Shown in pieces: positions 51,485 to 60,235 of a stretch of 62,167 nt of DNA; position 1 is the first letter of the stretch; the number at the start of each line of letters is the position of its first letter. This DNA comes from an uncultured Bacteroides sp. GTDB lineage: Bacteria > Bacteroidota > Bacteroidia > Bacteroidales > Muribaculaceae. The notes below the pieces were generated by a model, which did no database searches, had not been told where the DNA came from, and saw only the letters and a list, made by a program, of their open reading frames with translations. The DNA is taken from contig CAZHDH010000001.1 of the NCBI GenBank assembly GCA_964531245.1, positions 1 through 62,167 of the forward strand, written 5' to 3'. Both the position numbers and the translations under genes were made by a program.

Positions 51485-53893
51485 TCAGATAATTATTTTA
51501 CGAACTGTGGTATTGCCGGCAGCTTTTACGCGGCAGAGATAAACACCCGATTCAAGACCCGATACACGGACAACATTACCGGACGCTGCCGCTATGGTTG
51601 CACCCTTGAGATCGAGAATTTCGATAGAGAGGATGGTGAATGGGGCGTTGGCGCTCACGAAGTCGGCTCCGGGACGGGCATTGACTATGATTTCGGAAGC
51701 ATCGTCTATCGCATCAGAAACTCCCTGATTGTTGTCAACCGAGAGATTCTGAACCATCACGCTGCCGCCGTCGGAACCCAGACCTGCACGCTGTGCTACG
51801 CGCACACCGGTGAGGCGAGCCGAGCCTTCAAGTGCCGAAGCAGGCACCTCGAAATGATGCCATCCCAGGAAATCGAGATCGCATACCAGCTGATTGTTTA
51901 CGGTATTACCGCTAAATTCGAGATAAAGCTCATTGCCACTCAGGTCACCGTACACGTCCACTGAAATCATATCTTCGGGAGCGACCTCGAAATCGGTGGA
52001 TGCAGTTTCGCGACGCCAAACGGCCTCGCCGCCCTCGATGTCGCTGAACTTATATGTCATTTCAGGACAAAGTTCATCTGCGTTCAGAGCGTTTTTGGTA
52101 TTGTAGGCAAGTGTGACCGAGGTAGCGTTCATCGACGATTCGGGATCAGCAGCCAGAGCATCGGCTGCAGGCGCAAGGGGAAGTGTCTGATATGCCGCAT
52201 GGTCGGATGCGTCGGTCGCAGTGAACTTCAAGGTCACGGGAGCCTGGATGGTTATACCGTCGCGGTCTGCAATCGTGCCGTCGAAAGTCAGGGTATACTG
52301 CTCGCCGGGCACGAGGTCAGATGAGAAGGGCAGACGGAACCATCCGTAGCTGCTCTTTGACGATGACGATTCCTTGCCGCGATTATTGAATGCAACGGCT
52401 TGGCCTTTGGAATCCACGCAATGTACCTGTGAGGTGACAGACGATGTCTGGATAGTGCGGTCGAGGCGAATCTCGATGCGAGCGCCGTGGTAGTGCACCT
52501 GCGAACCCTCCTGAGGGTAGTAACCCAGGATTTCGAGATAGTTGCGGTCTGTGGTGTAGAAGCTGAACGAAACCGGTTTTTCCAGATTGATATTATCTGG
52601 ATGATGAGCATCGGTGCCAAGCGTTACGGTATATGTGGTTGAGGGGTTGTAGGGCACCTTGGGGGTGAATGTCATAGTTTTGTTGACATTTGTCCAGGTG
52701 AATGTACCGTCGACGGCCGGCTCGATCTTGAATGCCTTTTCTACCGATTCAACATCCATATCCCAATTGAAATTGAGCACAATGGGTGTGTTGCACAGCA
52801 GGGGTTCGTCACCGGTATTCCATACCGGTGAATATGATAGAACTTCAGGAGCAGTGTCGCGGATCTTGTCGATCGAGAAATTCTGATAAGTGATTTCATC
52901 GGCTTTAACCTCAACCTGAGCTTCGGCGGGATAATGAGTATCACAGCTCACCTTAATGGTGTAGTTGCCGGGCTGCACATCGCGGAAGGCATAAATGCCG
53001 TTGGTAAGTATGCTGTGCGTGGTGTATGAATCAATGAGATTGCCGCTTTCGTCATACAGATCCACCTTGGCATCCTGCACTGTGGCCAGACGGTCGTCGC
53101 CGTGCTTGGTGTATTGGCCGTCGCGCGGAAGCATCGAGTCGTTGATACGACCGCCGATCTGACCCACAGCCTCGCCCGGTTGATCAAAATATTCATCAAT
53201 GGCCTTGCGGAAGTGCCATGCTTCCAGGCGACAAAATTCGTCGTTCATCAGGCGATAGGTCTCGGGGATATAGTCGTGGAACGATCCCTCAGACAGCATA
53301 CCGGTGATCTTAAGACCTGAGAGAACACCGAGACCCACCTTATAGCCCCAGTGATAGAAATCCCAGTCGCCACGGATGTTGATGCTTTTGTCGGTCCAGT
53401 ATGTCGCACCGTTGTCAAGCAGGTGAGGATTCAGGACAGAAGCAAACACGCGGTCTTCGGGATTATCGGCTTCCTTATCCCATCCGCGGTATAGCATCAG
53501 CGGGAAGTTGACACGATTGACTGTGCCGGTAGCATTTGAATGTATCGAGAGGAAAAGGTCGGCTTTGCTTTCGTTTGCCAGAGTATATATCGTGGTGAGC
53601 TTTAGGTCGTCGTCCTCGGTGTTTGTCACGCGCGACATCACCACCTTGTAGCCTTTGACCTGCAGCATGTCACGCAGATAGAGAGCCTTGGTGAGATTGG
53701 AATTCGACTCCCAATAACCCTCGGGATCACCCTCTTCGTAAGGTTCGATCACCACATTGCGGTCGTTAGACTCATGGCCGCCGTGTCCAGGATTAAGATA
53801 TATAGTGATGCCGTTAGGCTCTACAGCCATAGCAGAAGCAGCGGCGGCACAGGTGAGTGCCACGGCGCAAAAACGGTAGAATTTTACTGTCAT
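51485..53893 (-). CDS. N-acetylmuramoyl-L-alanine amidase paralog with Ig-like domains and T9SS CTD
   Basis: Signal peptide; IYLNPGHGG, WESNSN, SIHSNA and LSEGS motifs; C-terminal ILDLKG...GLESGVYLCRV...RKIII. Confidence 0.85.
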   Translation of the reverse strand: MTVKFYRFCAVALTCAAAASAMAVEPNGITIYLNPGHGGHESNDRNVVIEPYEEGDPEGYWESNSNLTKALYLRDMLQVKGYKVVMSRVTNTEDDDLKLTTIYTLANESKADLFLSIHSNATGTVNRVNFPLMLYRGWDKEADNPEDRVFASVLNPHLLDNGATYWTDKSINIRGDWDFYHWGYKVGLGVLSGLKITGMLSEGSFHDYIPETYRLMNDEFCRLEAWHFRKAIDEYFDQPGEAVGQIGGRINDSMLPRDGQYTKHGDDRLATVQDAKVDLYDESGNLIDSYTTHSILTNGIYAFRDVQPGNYTIKVSCDTHYPAEAQVEVKADEITYQNFSIDKIRDTAPEVLSYSPVWNTGDEPLLCNTPIVLNFNWDMDVESVEKAFKIEPAVDGTFTWTNVNKTMTFTPKVPYNPSTTYTVTLGTDAHHPDNINLEKPVSFSFYTTDRNYLEILGYYPQEGSQVHYHGARIEIRLDRTIQTSSVTSQVHCVDSKGQAVAFNNRGKESSSSKSSYGWFRLPFSSDLVPGEQYTLTFDGTIADRDGITIQAPVTLKFTATDASDHAAYQTLPLAPAADALAADPESSMNATSVTLAYNTKNALNADELCPEMTYKFSDIEGGEAVWRRETASTDFEVAPEDMISVDVYGDLSGNELYLEFSGNTVNNQLVCDLDFLGWHHFEVPASALEGSARLTGVRVAQRAGLGSDGGSVMVQNLSVDNNQGVSDAIDDASEIIVNARPGADFVSANAPFTILSIEILDLKGATIAAASGNVVRVSGLESGVYLCRVKAAGNTTVRKIII

Positions 53894-53902
53894 GACTGAA
53901 GT

Positions 53903-54469
53903 TTATTTAAGAGTGAGTGAAACCTGATAATATATGCCGTCAATTGTGCGATACACCAAGGCTGAACCGTCGGCAGCGGCTACTGGCTCAAAGGTAAAGC
54001 TATCCGGGGTGGTAATAGCTTGGGTTTCAGTGCCATCAGTGCGGGTAAGTACAATCTGGGATGAGCTGAACTGGTGACCGTCGTCGGTGGATACAGTGCC
54101 TGCTATTACAGAATCGGATACCCATACAGGAAATTCAATCTCGCTGAGCACTCGTTCTACATTTCCATTAAGGTCTGTGATATACAGCCCCTTACCGGCA
54201 GCAACGAACATCAGGCGCGAGCCGTCGGGCGAAACAGATACCCAAAGATAGCCGGCGCAATCTACGGGGTGGATACGTGTCACAGCCCCATCAGGCCCGG
54301 TGAGCAACACATTGTCGGCTTCGATAACGGGAGTGTTTTGAGCAGCACGCAGTGCCATACGCTGTGCTGCCGCAGCATTTACCTGCACCCGAGGTCCAAC
54401 CTCGGCAATCTGTGCCGAAGCCATAAGTGTACCGGCGAGTGCGGCAATAAGAAGTAATGATTTTTTCAT
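53903..54469 (-). CDS. Short periplasmic beta-propeller-like protein, paralog of 50651-51472
   Basis: Signal peptide; YLWVSVSPDGSRLMF, DDG..SSQIV and DGSALVYRT align with the C-terminal part of the 273-aa paralog. Confidence 0.65.
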   Translation of the reverse strand: MKKSLLLIAALAGTLMASAQIAEVGPRVQVNAAAAQRMALRAAQNTPVIEADNVLLTGPDGAVTRIHPVDCAGYLWVSVSPDGSRLMFVAAGKGLYITDLNGNVERVLSEIEFPVWVSDSVIAGTVSTDDGHQFSSSQIVLTRTDGTETQAITTPDSFTFEPVAAADGSALVYRTIDGIYYQVSLTLK

Positions 54470-54509
54470 ATAAAGACTAAGGATTTAGTATCTGAATCAT
54501 TGAAGTCAG

Positions 54510-54558
54510 TATACCGGAAAACAGCCGATACAGATATTTTCGGCCGTTTCCCGGTATA
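54510..54558 (-). other. Intra-cassette stem-loop
   Basis: 19-bp stem that is fully paired (with G-U) only on the minus/sense strand; no U-tract after it. Confidence 0.55.
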
Positions 54559-54572
54559 TATAAATATGTGTA

Positions 54573-57131
54573 TTATTTTACGATGAGAACGGTTGTGAGA
54601 CGTGTGCCTTCACCACAGGCAGCCACAACGTATGTTCCGGCTACGGGAGCCTTGAACCAGCCGTTGCCTTCAGTCAGAGCATTTTCAGCTACGAGGCCAC
54701 CGGCCATATTGAAGACCTGCACTTTCGACGCACCGGGAGCGTTGACTGCCACCTGTTCGCCTGCACTCACAGGATTGTGGTCGATGAAGAGAGTGTTCGC
54801 ACCTTCTGAAGCCACCGATTCAACACCCTTGAACTCATTGTATTCGGCATGAATGCCGCCAAAATTCAGGATATGATCGCCTTTATATGCCGAGGAGGGC
54901 TCGATGGTGTAACGTATGCGCTTAAACTGGATGGGATATTCGCAAATATCGTCCATATTCACACTGCCGGTAAGGTCAATGTCAACGTGATGAAACTTGC
55001 CGGCTTCCCAGGCTTGTTCGGGTTCCACTTTCACAGAAACCTCGCGGGTACCCATAGCTGTTTCAACCACAAAAGTTATCGAGGCGATATTTACATCGGT
55101 CTGGAATTCGGTGAAGAATGATGAGGGCAGGCTGTAGAAATTCTTAAGCCCTTCGTTAAGCGACATTTCGATGTAAGGAGTGCGGGGTGAAGCATAGCTG
55201 AACGAGAGTTTGCCGTCGGCCGCCAGAGCAAGATCGGTGATACCGCTTGAACCTTTAAGCTTCCAATCTTCCGAATTTTCTGTGATGGGCAGGGAGGCCG
55301 CGGGGGCAATTTCCACGGTTACAGTGGCTTCATCAGAAAATTCACCGATAGTGCACTTGATTTTAGTCGTGCCTTCCTTAAGACCTACGAGATGACCCTC
55401 GGCGGTGATGTTAACAATCGAAGGATCTTCAATTTCCCAAGCGAGGTATGACGGATCGTAAGGATATACCACACGGTCGGCTGTGGCAGACACTTCCAGG
55501 GGATATTTCACCACATTATCAATAAGCAGGTTGTGCGAGCGCATTTCCACTTCTGCACCCACCACCTTCATATCGACAGTTGTGCTTACATCGCCCACAG
55601 TGGCTGTAAGAATGCCCTGGCCCGGTGTGCCGGAGGCTGTGAAGGCATTGCCCTCGCAAGTGCCGAGCGATTCATCGCACGAAAGGGTCACGTCCTTATA
55701 GTCATACGAGATAATGGCACCATACTTATTATAGGCGATAACCTGAGGAGTGGTAGTAGAATATACGGGCACCACAGGATCTGCCTGATAGAATGCGAGC
55801 GATGTCACGGTGTTATCATCCTCGGGAGCGGTAGAGAATACCATCCAGCCATTTGCCACGGCACGAGGGGTGGCCTCGGTGGTAGTGTTTACGATCTCGA
55901 AGTTCACCATCATTTCGGCTGACCCGCCGGCATCGAAGTTGGCCATATTTGAGCAACCGAGGTGACGGGCAATTTCACACATCTGTGTGGTGCCGCAACC
56001 GTATGACGAGCCGTATTTGGGTGAGGTCGATTTATCAATCACCACAATATAAAGCGTTTTGCCGTCGGCAGATGTGCCGTAACCGGTGCGCGAATATATC
56101 TGAGAGTTATAGGTTTCGTTGTTATTGTGTTTGGTGAGTTCACCGTTGCGCATTACCAGAGCATTGCCGCCGATAGCGTTTTCAATTGGTTCGCTGGTGG
56201 CATTTTCCTCGCCGGGGTTGAAAGTCCAGCTGTATTCCAAAGTAACTTCGTCGCCGGCTTCCAGTTTGGCAAGCGCGGTGGCATTGTCGCCACGACCCAC
56301 CAGAGCCAGGTCGTGATTGCCCAGGGTGCCCTTACCGCCATTGAGACGCACTTCCTTCACCACAAAGGTCATAGGCGCGCCGCTCTGCCATGAGCCGCCT
56401 TCAGCAAAATCAAGGATAACCTCGGTAGCATCGCCGGCGGTATCAAGGATATATTTGCCGGTTGTGGGATTCTGCGCGATGGGCATAAACTGGGTGGTAG
56501 CACCGTAATGCGAGTTGTACATACACAGCTCGTCGTTCCACACACCCTTGTTGCACTGCCACACGTCAAGGCGGCCGATCTTATCGTTTGAAGCCTTGAT
56601 TTCAGAGGTGCAATAGTCGATAAAAAGATTGCGGTCGTATGACACGCCCACTATACCGGTACGCATAGTGCCGCCGTCCCATTGGTCGCGATGCTGATTA
56701 GATTCTGTGATCAGCTTGCCGTTGCGGAGCGATACATTACGGGTTGTGCCGGTATACACTGCTTCCTCGGGCTGCGAGGCTACCACCCAGAAGTTGGCAT
56801 TCGCGGCAGCCAGAGCGCGGTGGCCTTCATAGTCCTGACGCTGTGCGGCTTTCACCAGCAGCTCTGTACCTTTGGCCTTTTCGCCGGCCACAGTGGTTTC
56901 GATACGGTTATAGGGATTGGTGAGGTCAACTGTCACAACGTTGACATTCAGAGGAAAATCGGGAATACGTATGCGGGTGTACATAGTACCGGGACCAATC
57001 TGACGCTCGATAAGGCGCTGCATCTCAAATTCCTGAGCCGCACCTGAACGGTTGGTCATCGTAAGAGTCTCGGCGGAAAGGGCAAAAGCCATTGACAAAG
57101 CCGCCGCACACAGGGGTAGTTGTTTCTTCAT
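54573..57131 (-). CDS. Phosphodiester glycosidase (NAGPA/DUF2233) family protein with Ig-like domain and T9SS CTD
   Basis: Signal peptide from ATG 57131; AAANANFW, SRTGYG, NFDAGGS and RAVANG motifs; Big_2-like region; C-terminal VFNMAG...GTYVV...LIVK. Confidence 0.8.
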   Translation of the reverse strand: MKKQLPLCAAALSMAFALSAETLTMTNRSGAAQEFEMQRLIERQIGPGTMYTRIRIPDFPLNVNVVTVDLTNPYNRIETTVAGEKAKGTELLVKAAQRQDYEGHRALAAANANFWVVASQPEEAVYTGTTRNVSLRNGKLITESNQHRDQWDGGTMRTGIVGVSYDRNLFIDYCTSEIKASNDKIGRLDVWQCNKGVWNDELCMYNSHYGATTQFMPIAQNPTTGKYILDTAGDATEVILDFAEGGSWQSGAPMTFVVKEVRLNGGKGTLGNHDLALVGRGDNATALAKLEAGDEVTLEYSWTFNPGEENATSEPIENAIGGNALVMRNGELTKHNNNETYNSQIYSRTGYGTSADGKTLYIVVIDKSTSPKYGSSYGCGTTQMCEIARHLGCSNMANFDAGGSAEMMVNFEIVNTTTEATPRAVANGWMVFSTAPEDDNTVTSLAFYQADPVVPVYSTTTPQVIAYNKYGAIISYDYKDVTLSCDESLGTCEGNAFTASGTPGQGILTATVGDVSTTVDMKVVGAEVEMRSHNLLIDNVVKYPLEVSATADRVVYPYDPSYLAWEIEDPSIVNITAEGHLVGLKEGTTKIKCTIGEFSDEATVTVEIAPAASLPITENSEDWKLKGSSGITDLALAADGKLSFSYASPRTPYIEMSLNEGLKNFYSLPSSFFTEFQTDVNIASITFVVETAMGTREVSVKVEPEQAWEAGKFHHVDIDLTGSVNMDDICEYPIQFKRIRYTIEPSSAYKGDHILNFGGIHAEYNEFKGVESVASEGANTLFIDHNPVSAGEQVAVNAPGASKVQVFNMAGGLVAENALTEGNGWFKAPVAGTYVVAACGEGTRLTTVLIVK

Positions 57132-57189
57132 GCTTAAGATAAGAACTGCCACAAAGGTGACAATGAATGATTCAAGGTTAACTATGCCA

Positions 57190-57221
57190 CAAAGGTACAA
57201 AAAATATCAATTAGCGCCAAA
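57190..57221 (-). promoter_or_regulatory. Promoter of the glycosidase/amidase cassette
   Basis: TTTG at 57218-57221, 20-bp spacer, TACCTTTG at 57190-57197, minus strand. Confidence 0.75.
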
Positions 57222-57314
57222 TAAAAACCGGCGTAAAACTGTTTGTAATACCGCTTTCGGCCTACACAGTTCATTATTTTTCTAAAAAAGAATTGAATTG
57301 TCGAAATTTTTCCG

Positions 57315-57322
57315 TAATTTTG
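57315..57322 (+). promoter_or_regulatory. -7 promoter element for pgk
   Basis: TAATTTTG. Confidence 0.65.
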
Positions 57323-57382
57323 CAACTGAAATCCTCTCAGGATGTTTAACTGACATAGACTTCAATATATATAACAATAACC

Positions 57383-58633
57383 ATGGCAAATATCAACGAC
57401 TACAATTTCAATGGCAAAAAGGCCATTGTCCGCGTTGACTTCAACGTTCCCCTCGACGAAAACGGTAACATCACCGACGATACCCGTATCCGTGGTGCCC
57501 TCCCTACCCTCAAAAAAATACTGGCCGACGGCGGCGCCCTCATCATCATGTCACACATGGGCAAACCCAAAGGCAAAGTTAATCCCAAAATGTCGCTCGC
57601 TCAGATCAAGGACGCTGTGGCTAAAGCTCTCGGCACCGATGTGAAATTTGCCGATGACTGCGCTAACGCTGCCGAAGCTGCCGCTAACCTCAAACCCGGC
57701 GAAGTGCTCCTGCTCGAAAACCTCCGCTTCCACCCCGAAGAAGAAGGTAAACCCGTAGGTATCGACAAGGAAGACCCCAACTACGACGCTGCCAAGAAGG
57801 AAATGAAAGAACGTCAGAAAGAGTTCGCCAAACTCCTGGCTTCTTACGCCGACGTTTATGTAAACGACGCTTTCGGCACAGCACACCGCCGTCACGCTTC
57901 TACCGCCGTGATCGCCGACTACTTCAACAAGGAAGACAAGATGCTCGGCTATCTGATGGAGAAGGAAGTGAAAGCCGTTGACAATATCCTCAGCGATATC
58001 AAGCGTCCTTTCACCGCTATCATGGGTGGCTCGAAAGTGTCTACCAAGATCGGCATTATCGAAAACCTCATGGATAAGGTTGACAACCTGATCCTCTGCG
58101 GCGGTATGACTTACACCTTCGCAAAGGCTAAAGGTGGCAAAATCGGTCAGTCGATCTGCGAAAACGACAAGCTCGATCTCGCTCTCGACATCATCAAAAA
58201 AGCTCAGGAAAAGGGCGTTAATCTCGTGCTGGCTACCGATTGTGTAGCAGGCGATGCGTTCAGCAACGATGCAAACACTCAGGTTTGCTCCGTTATGGAC
58301 ATCCCCGAAGGCTGGGAAGGCATGGATGCAGGTCCTGAATCTCGCAAGGCTTTTGCCGACGCTATCAAAGATGCCAAGACCATCCTCTGGAACGGTCCCG
58401 CCGGCGTGTTTGAATTCGACAACTTCACTGCCGGTTCAAAGGCTATCGCCGACGCTATCGTTGAAGCTACCGACAAGGGCGCATTCTCGCTCGTAGGCGG
58501 CGGCGACTCTGTTGCTTGTGTCAACAAATTTGGTCTGGCCGACGAAGTATCTTACGTATCTACCGGTGGCGGTGCTCTGCTCGAAGCCATCGAAGGCAAG
58601 GTGCTCCCCGGCGTTGACGCTATCAAGGGTTAA
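57383..58633 (+). CDS. pgk: Phosphoglycerate kinase
   Basis: [28 protein letters not shown] and STGGGA motifs. Confidence 0.98.
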   Translation: MANINDYNFNGKKAIVRVDFNVPLDENGNITDDTRIRGALPTLKKILADGGALIIMSHMGKPKGKVNPKMSLAQIKDAVAKALGTDVKFADDCANAAEAAANLKPGEVLLLENLRFHPEEEGKPVGIDKEDPNYDAAKKEMKERQKEFAKLLASYADVYVNDAFGTAHRRHASTAVIADYFNKEDKMLGYLMEKEVKAVDNILSDIKRPFTAIMGGSKVSTKIGIIENLMDKVDNLILCGGMTYTFAKAKGGKIGQSICENDKLDLALDIIKKAQEKGVNLVLATDCVAGDAFSNDANTQVCSVMDIPEGWEGMDAGPESRKAFADAIKDAKTILWNGPAGVFEFDNFTAGSKAIADAIVEATDKGAFSLVGGGDSVACVNKFGLADEVSYVSTGGGALLEAIEGKVLPGVDAIKG

Positions 58634-58652
58634 TACCTTTTTATAAAACATC

Positions 58653-58692
58653 TGCCTCGGGTGAACTTTTAGCTCACCCGAGGCATTGTTTT
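58653..58692 (+). terminator. Intrinsic terminator of pgk
   Basis: tgcctcgggtga / tcacccgaggca stem followed by ttgtttt. Confidence 0.8.
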
Positions 58693-58750
58693 ATAGTGAG
58701 ACAATCTAACTCATCGGATTAGTCTGCTTCCTAAGAAAACAATTTGACTT

Positions 58751-59944
58751 ATGAATATTACTGAGGATTTTTTTACCTGGATAAATGATAACGCCACGGC
58801 CGACACCGCTCGGCTGCGTCTGAAGCACGGCAATGCACGAGCATTCGAGATTTTACAGATTGATTGCCGTAAAAAGTATGCAACCAAACTGGCCGACACC
58901 CTGGCGCGCGATGCCGAGTTTGTGTTCCCCACCGCATTGAGCGGTGAACAATCGACGTCCGACCGTCTGGCGCAATATCACGCTTCTATGATTGCCGACG
59001 GCGCATCGGTGATCGACCTCACTGCCGGACTCGGTATCGATGCAATGACCATTGCTCGCACCACAGCATCGGAAGTGGTAGCCGTAGAACGCGACCCGCA
59101 AGTAGCCGAAGCTTTGCGATACAATTCACGCAACATCCGGAATCTAAAAGTAATAGAAGGCGATTGCAGGGATGTTGTCAAGACTCTGCTTGAGGAAGGA
59201 CGACGTTTCGACTACGCTTTTATAGACCCCGCACGCCGCGCTGGCGACGGCTCCCGAGTGTTTGCGCTTTCCGACTGCGAGCCGGATGTGACCGCTATGC
59301 TTCCCGACCTGCGCAAACTCGCCGCAACCCTTATCGTGAAAGCCTCGCCGATGCTTGACATCACAGACACCATCGAGCGTCTACCGGGCACAGTTGAGGT
59401 AACTGCCCTGGGCACCACAACCGAGTGTAAAGAGCTGGATTTCAAGGTAGATCTTGACTCTGACTCAACCGGTGAATACATCATCAAAGCCGCTACTGTA
59501 GGCGATGGTCTTGAATCAATATTCGCTTTCACGCGTGCTGAGGAAGCAGCAGCCACATCAGCGTATGGCGAACCCAAAGTGGGTGATATAATCTACGAGC
59601 CCTACCCCGCGGTGATGAAAGCCGCTCCATTCAAGCTGCTCGGCGAGCGCTTTGACCTTCGCAAAGCCGGATCCAATACTCACCTTTGGTTCTCAGACTG
59701 CGACGCTCCCGACTTTCCGGGCAAAGCACTGCGCGTAGTAGAGGTGCTTCCATATATGTCAAAACACATCAAGCGCTACGCTTCGCGTTACCCCCGCGTA
59801 GGCGTGACGACTCGCAACTTCGACACCGGAGCCGACACGCTCCGCGCCAAACTTGGCGTCAAGGACGGCCCCATGCGCCTTTTCGCCATCACCGCGTTCA
59901 ACACCCGAAAACTCCTGATCACCTGCCAACCCATAAATTCATAA
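58751..59944 (+). CDS. Class I SAM-dependent methyltransferase with C-terminal THUMP-like domain
   Basis: EQSTS, IDLTAGLGID, FIDPARR and KASPMLDI motifs. Confidence 0.85.
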   Translation: MNITEDFFTWINDNATADTARLRLKHGNARAFEILQIDCRKKYATKLADTLARDAEFVFPTALSGEQSTSDRLAQYHASMIADGASVIDLTAGLGIDAMTIARTTASEVVAVERDPQVAEALRYNSRNIRNLKVIEGDCRDVVKTLLEEGRRFDYAFIDPARRAGDGSRVFALSDCEPDVTAMLPDLRKLAATLIVKASPMLDITDTIERLPGTVEVTALGTTTECKELDFKVDLDSDSTGEYIIKAATVGDGLESIFAFTRAEEAAATSAYGEPKVGDIIYEPYPAVMKAAPFKLLGERFDLRKAGSNTHLWFSDCDAPDFPGKALRVVEVLPYMSKHIKRYASRYPRVGVTTRNFDTGADTLRAKLGVKDGPMRLFAITAFNTRKLLITCQPINS

Positions 59945-60139
59945 GTAACTCTAAAAAATTAGACGATATAGATTTGCGTAGGATTGACGATGCATTTTGT
60001 CCTTTGAGCAAAGGAGCGTAGCGAGCTACCTCACTGAGCGAAAAGAACAAAAGGCGCGTCAAGACAAGCAAGGATATATCGGCCCGAAGGGTTTAAAATA
60101 TATCCCAAGTAATATAAACTAATTTTTGAGAGTTACTTA
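59942..60139. mobile_element. MITE-like palindromic element, copy 2 (198 bp, inverted relative to copy 1)
   Basis: Same TIRs; about 8-9 substitutions plus a 2-bp indel versus copy 1 by manual alignment; its first TAA is the stop codon of the upstream gene. Confidence 0.8.
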
Positions 60140-60160
60140 ATAACACGTAGGTTATTCACT

Positions 60161-60190
60161 GGCTACAACAAATGTAGCCTTTCTTTTTTT
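60161..60190 (+). terminator. Intrinsic terminator downstream of the methyltransferase gene and MITE copy 2
   Basis: ggctaca / tgtagcc stem followed by a long T-run. Confidence 0.7.
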
Positions 60191-60223
60191 GGCGCCGGAA
60201 GGCGATATGTCGCGGATATTTTG

Positions 60224-60231
60224 TAAATTTG
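60224..60231 (+). promoter_or_regulatory. -7 promoter element directly before the lptF/G start codon
   Basis: TAAATTTG ends 4 nt before ATG 60236. Confidence 0.6.
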
Positions 60232-60235
60232 CACG

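Noticed and set aside
41648..60139. The two inverted MITE copies as ends of a composite transposon or invertible segment
   Set aside because: The enclosed 18 kb holds housekeeping genes (mltG, kdsC, maf, pgk), no recombinase or transposase is present, and each copy sits in its own gene's 3' UTR
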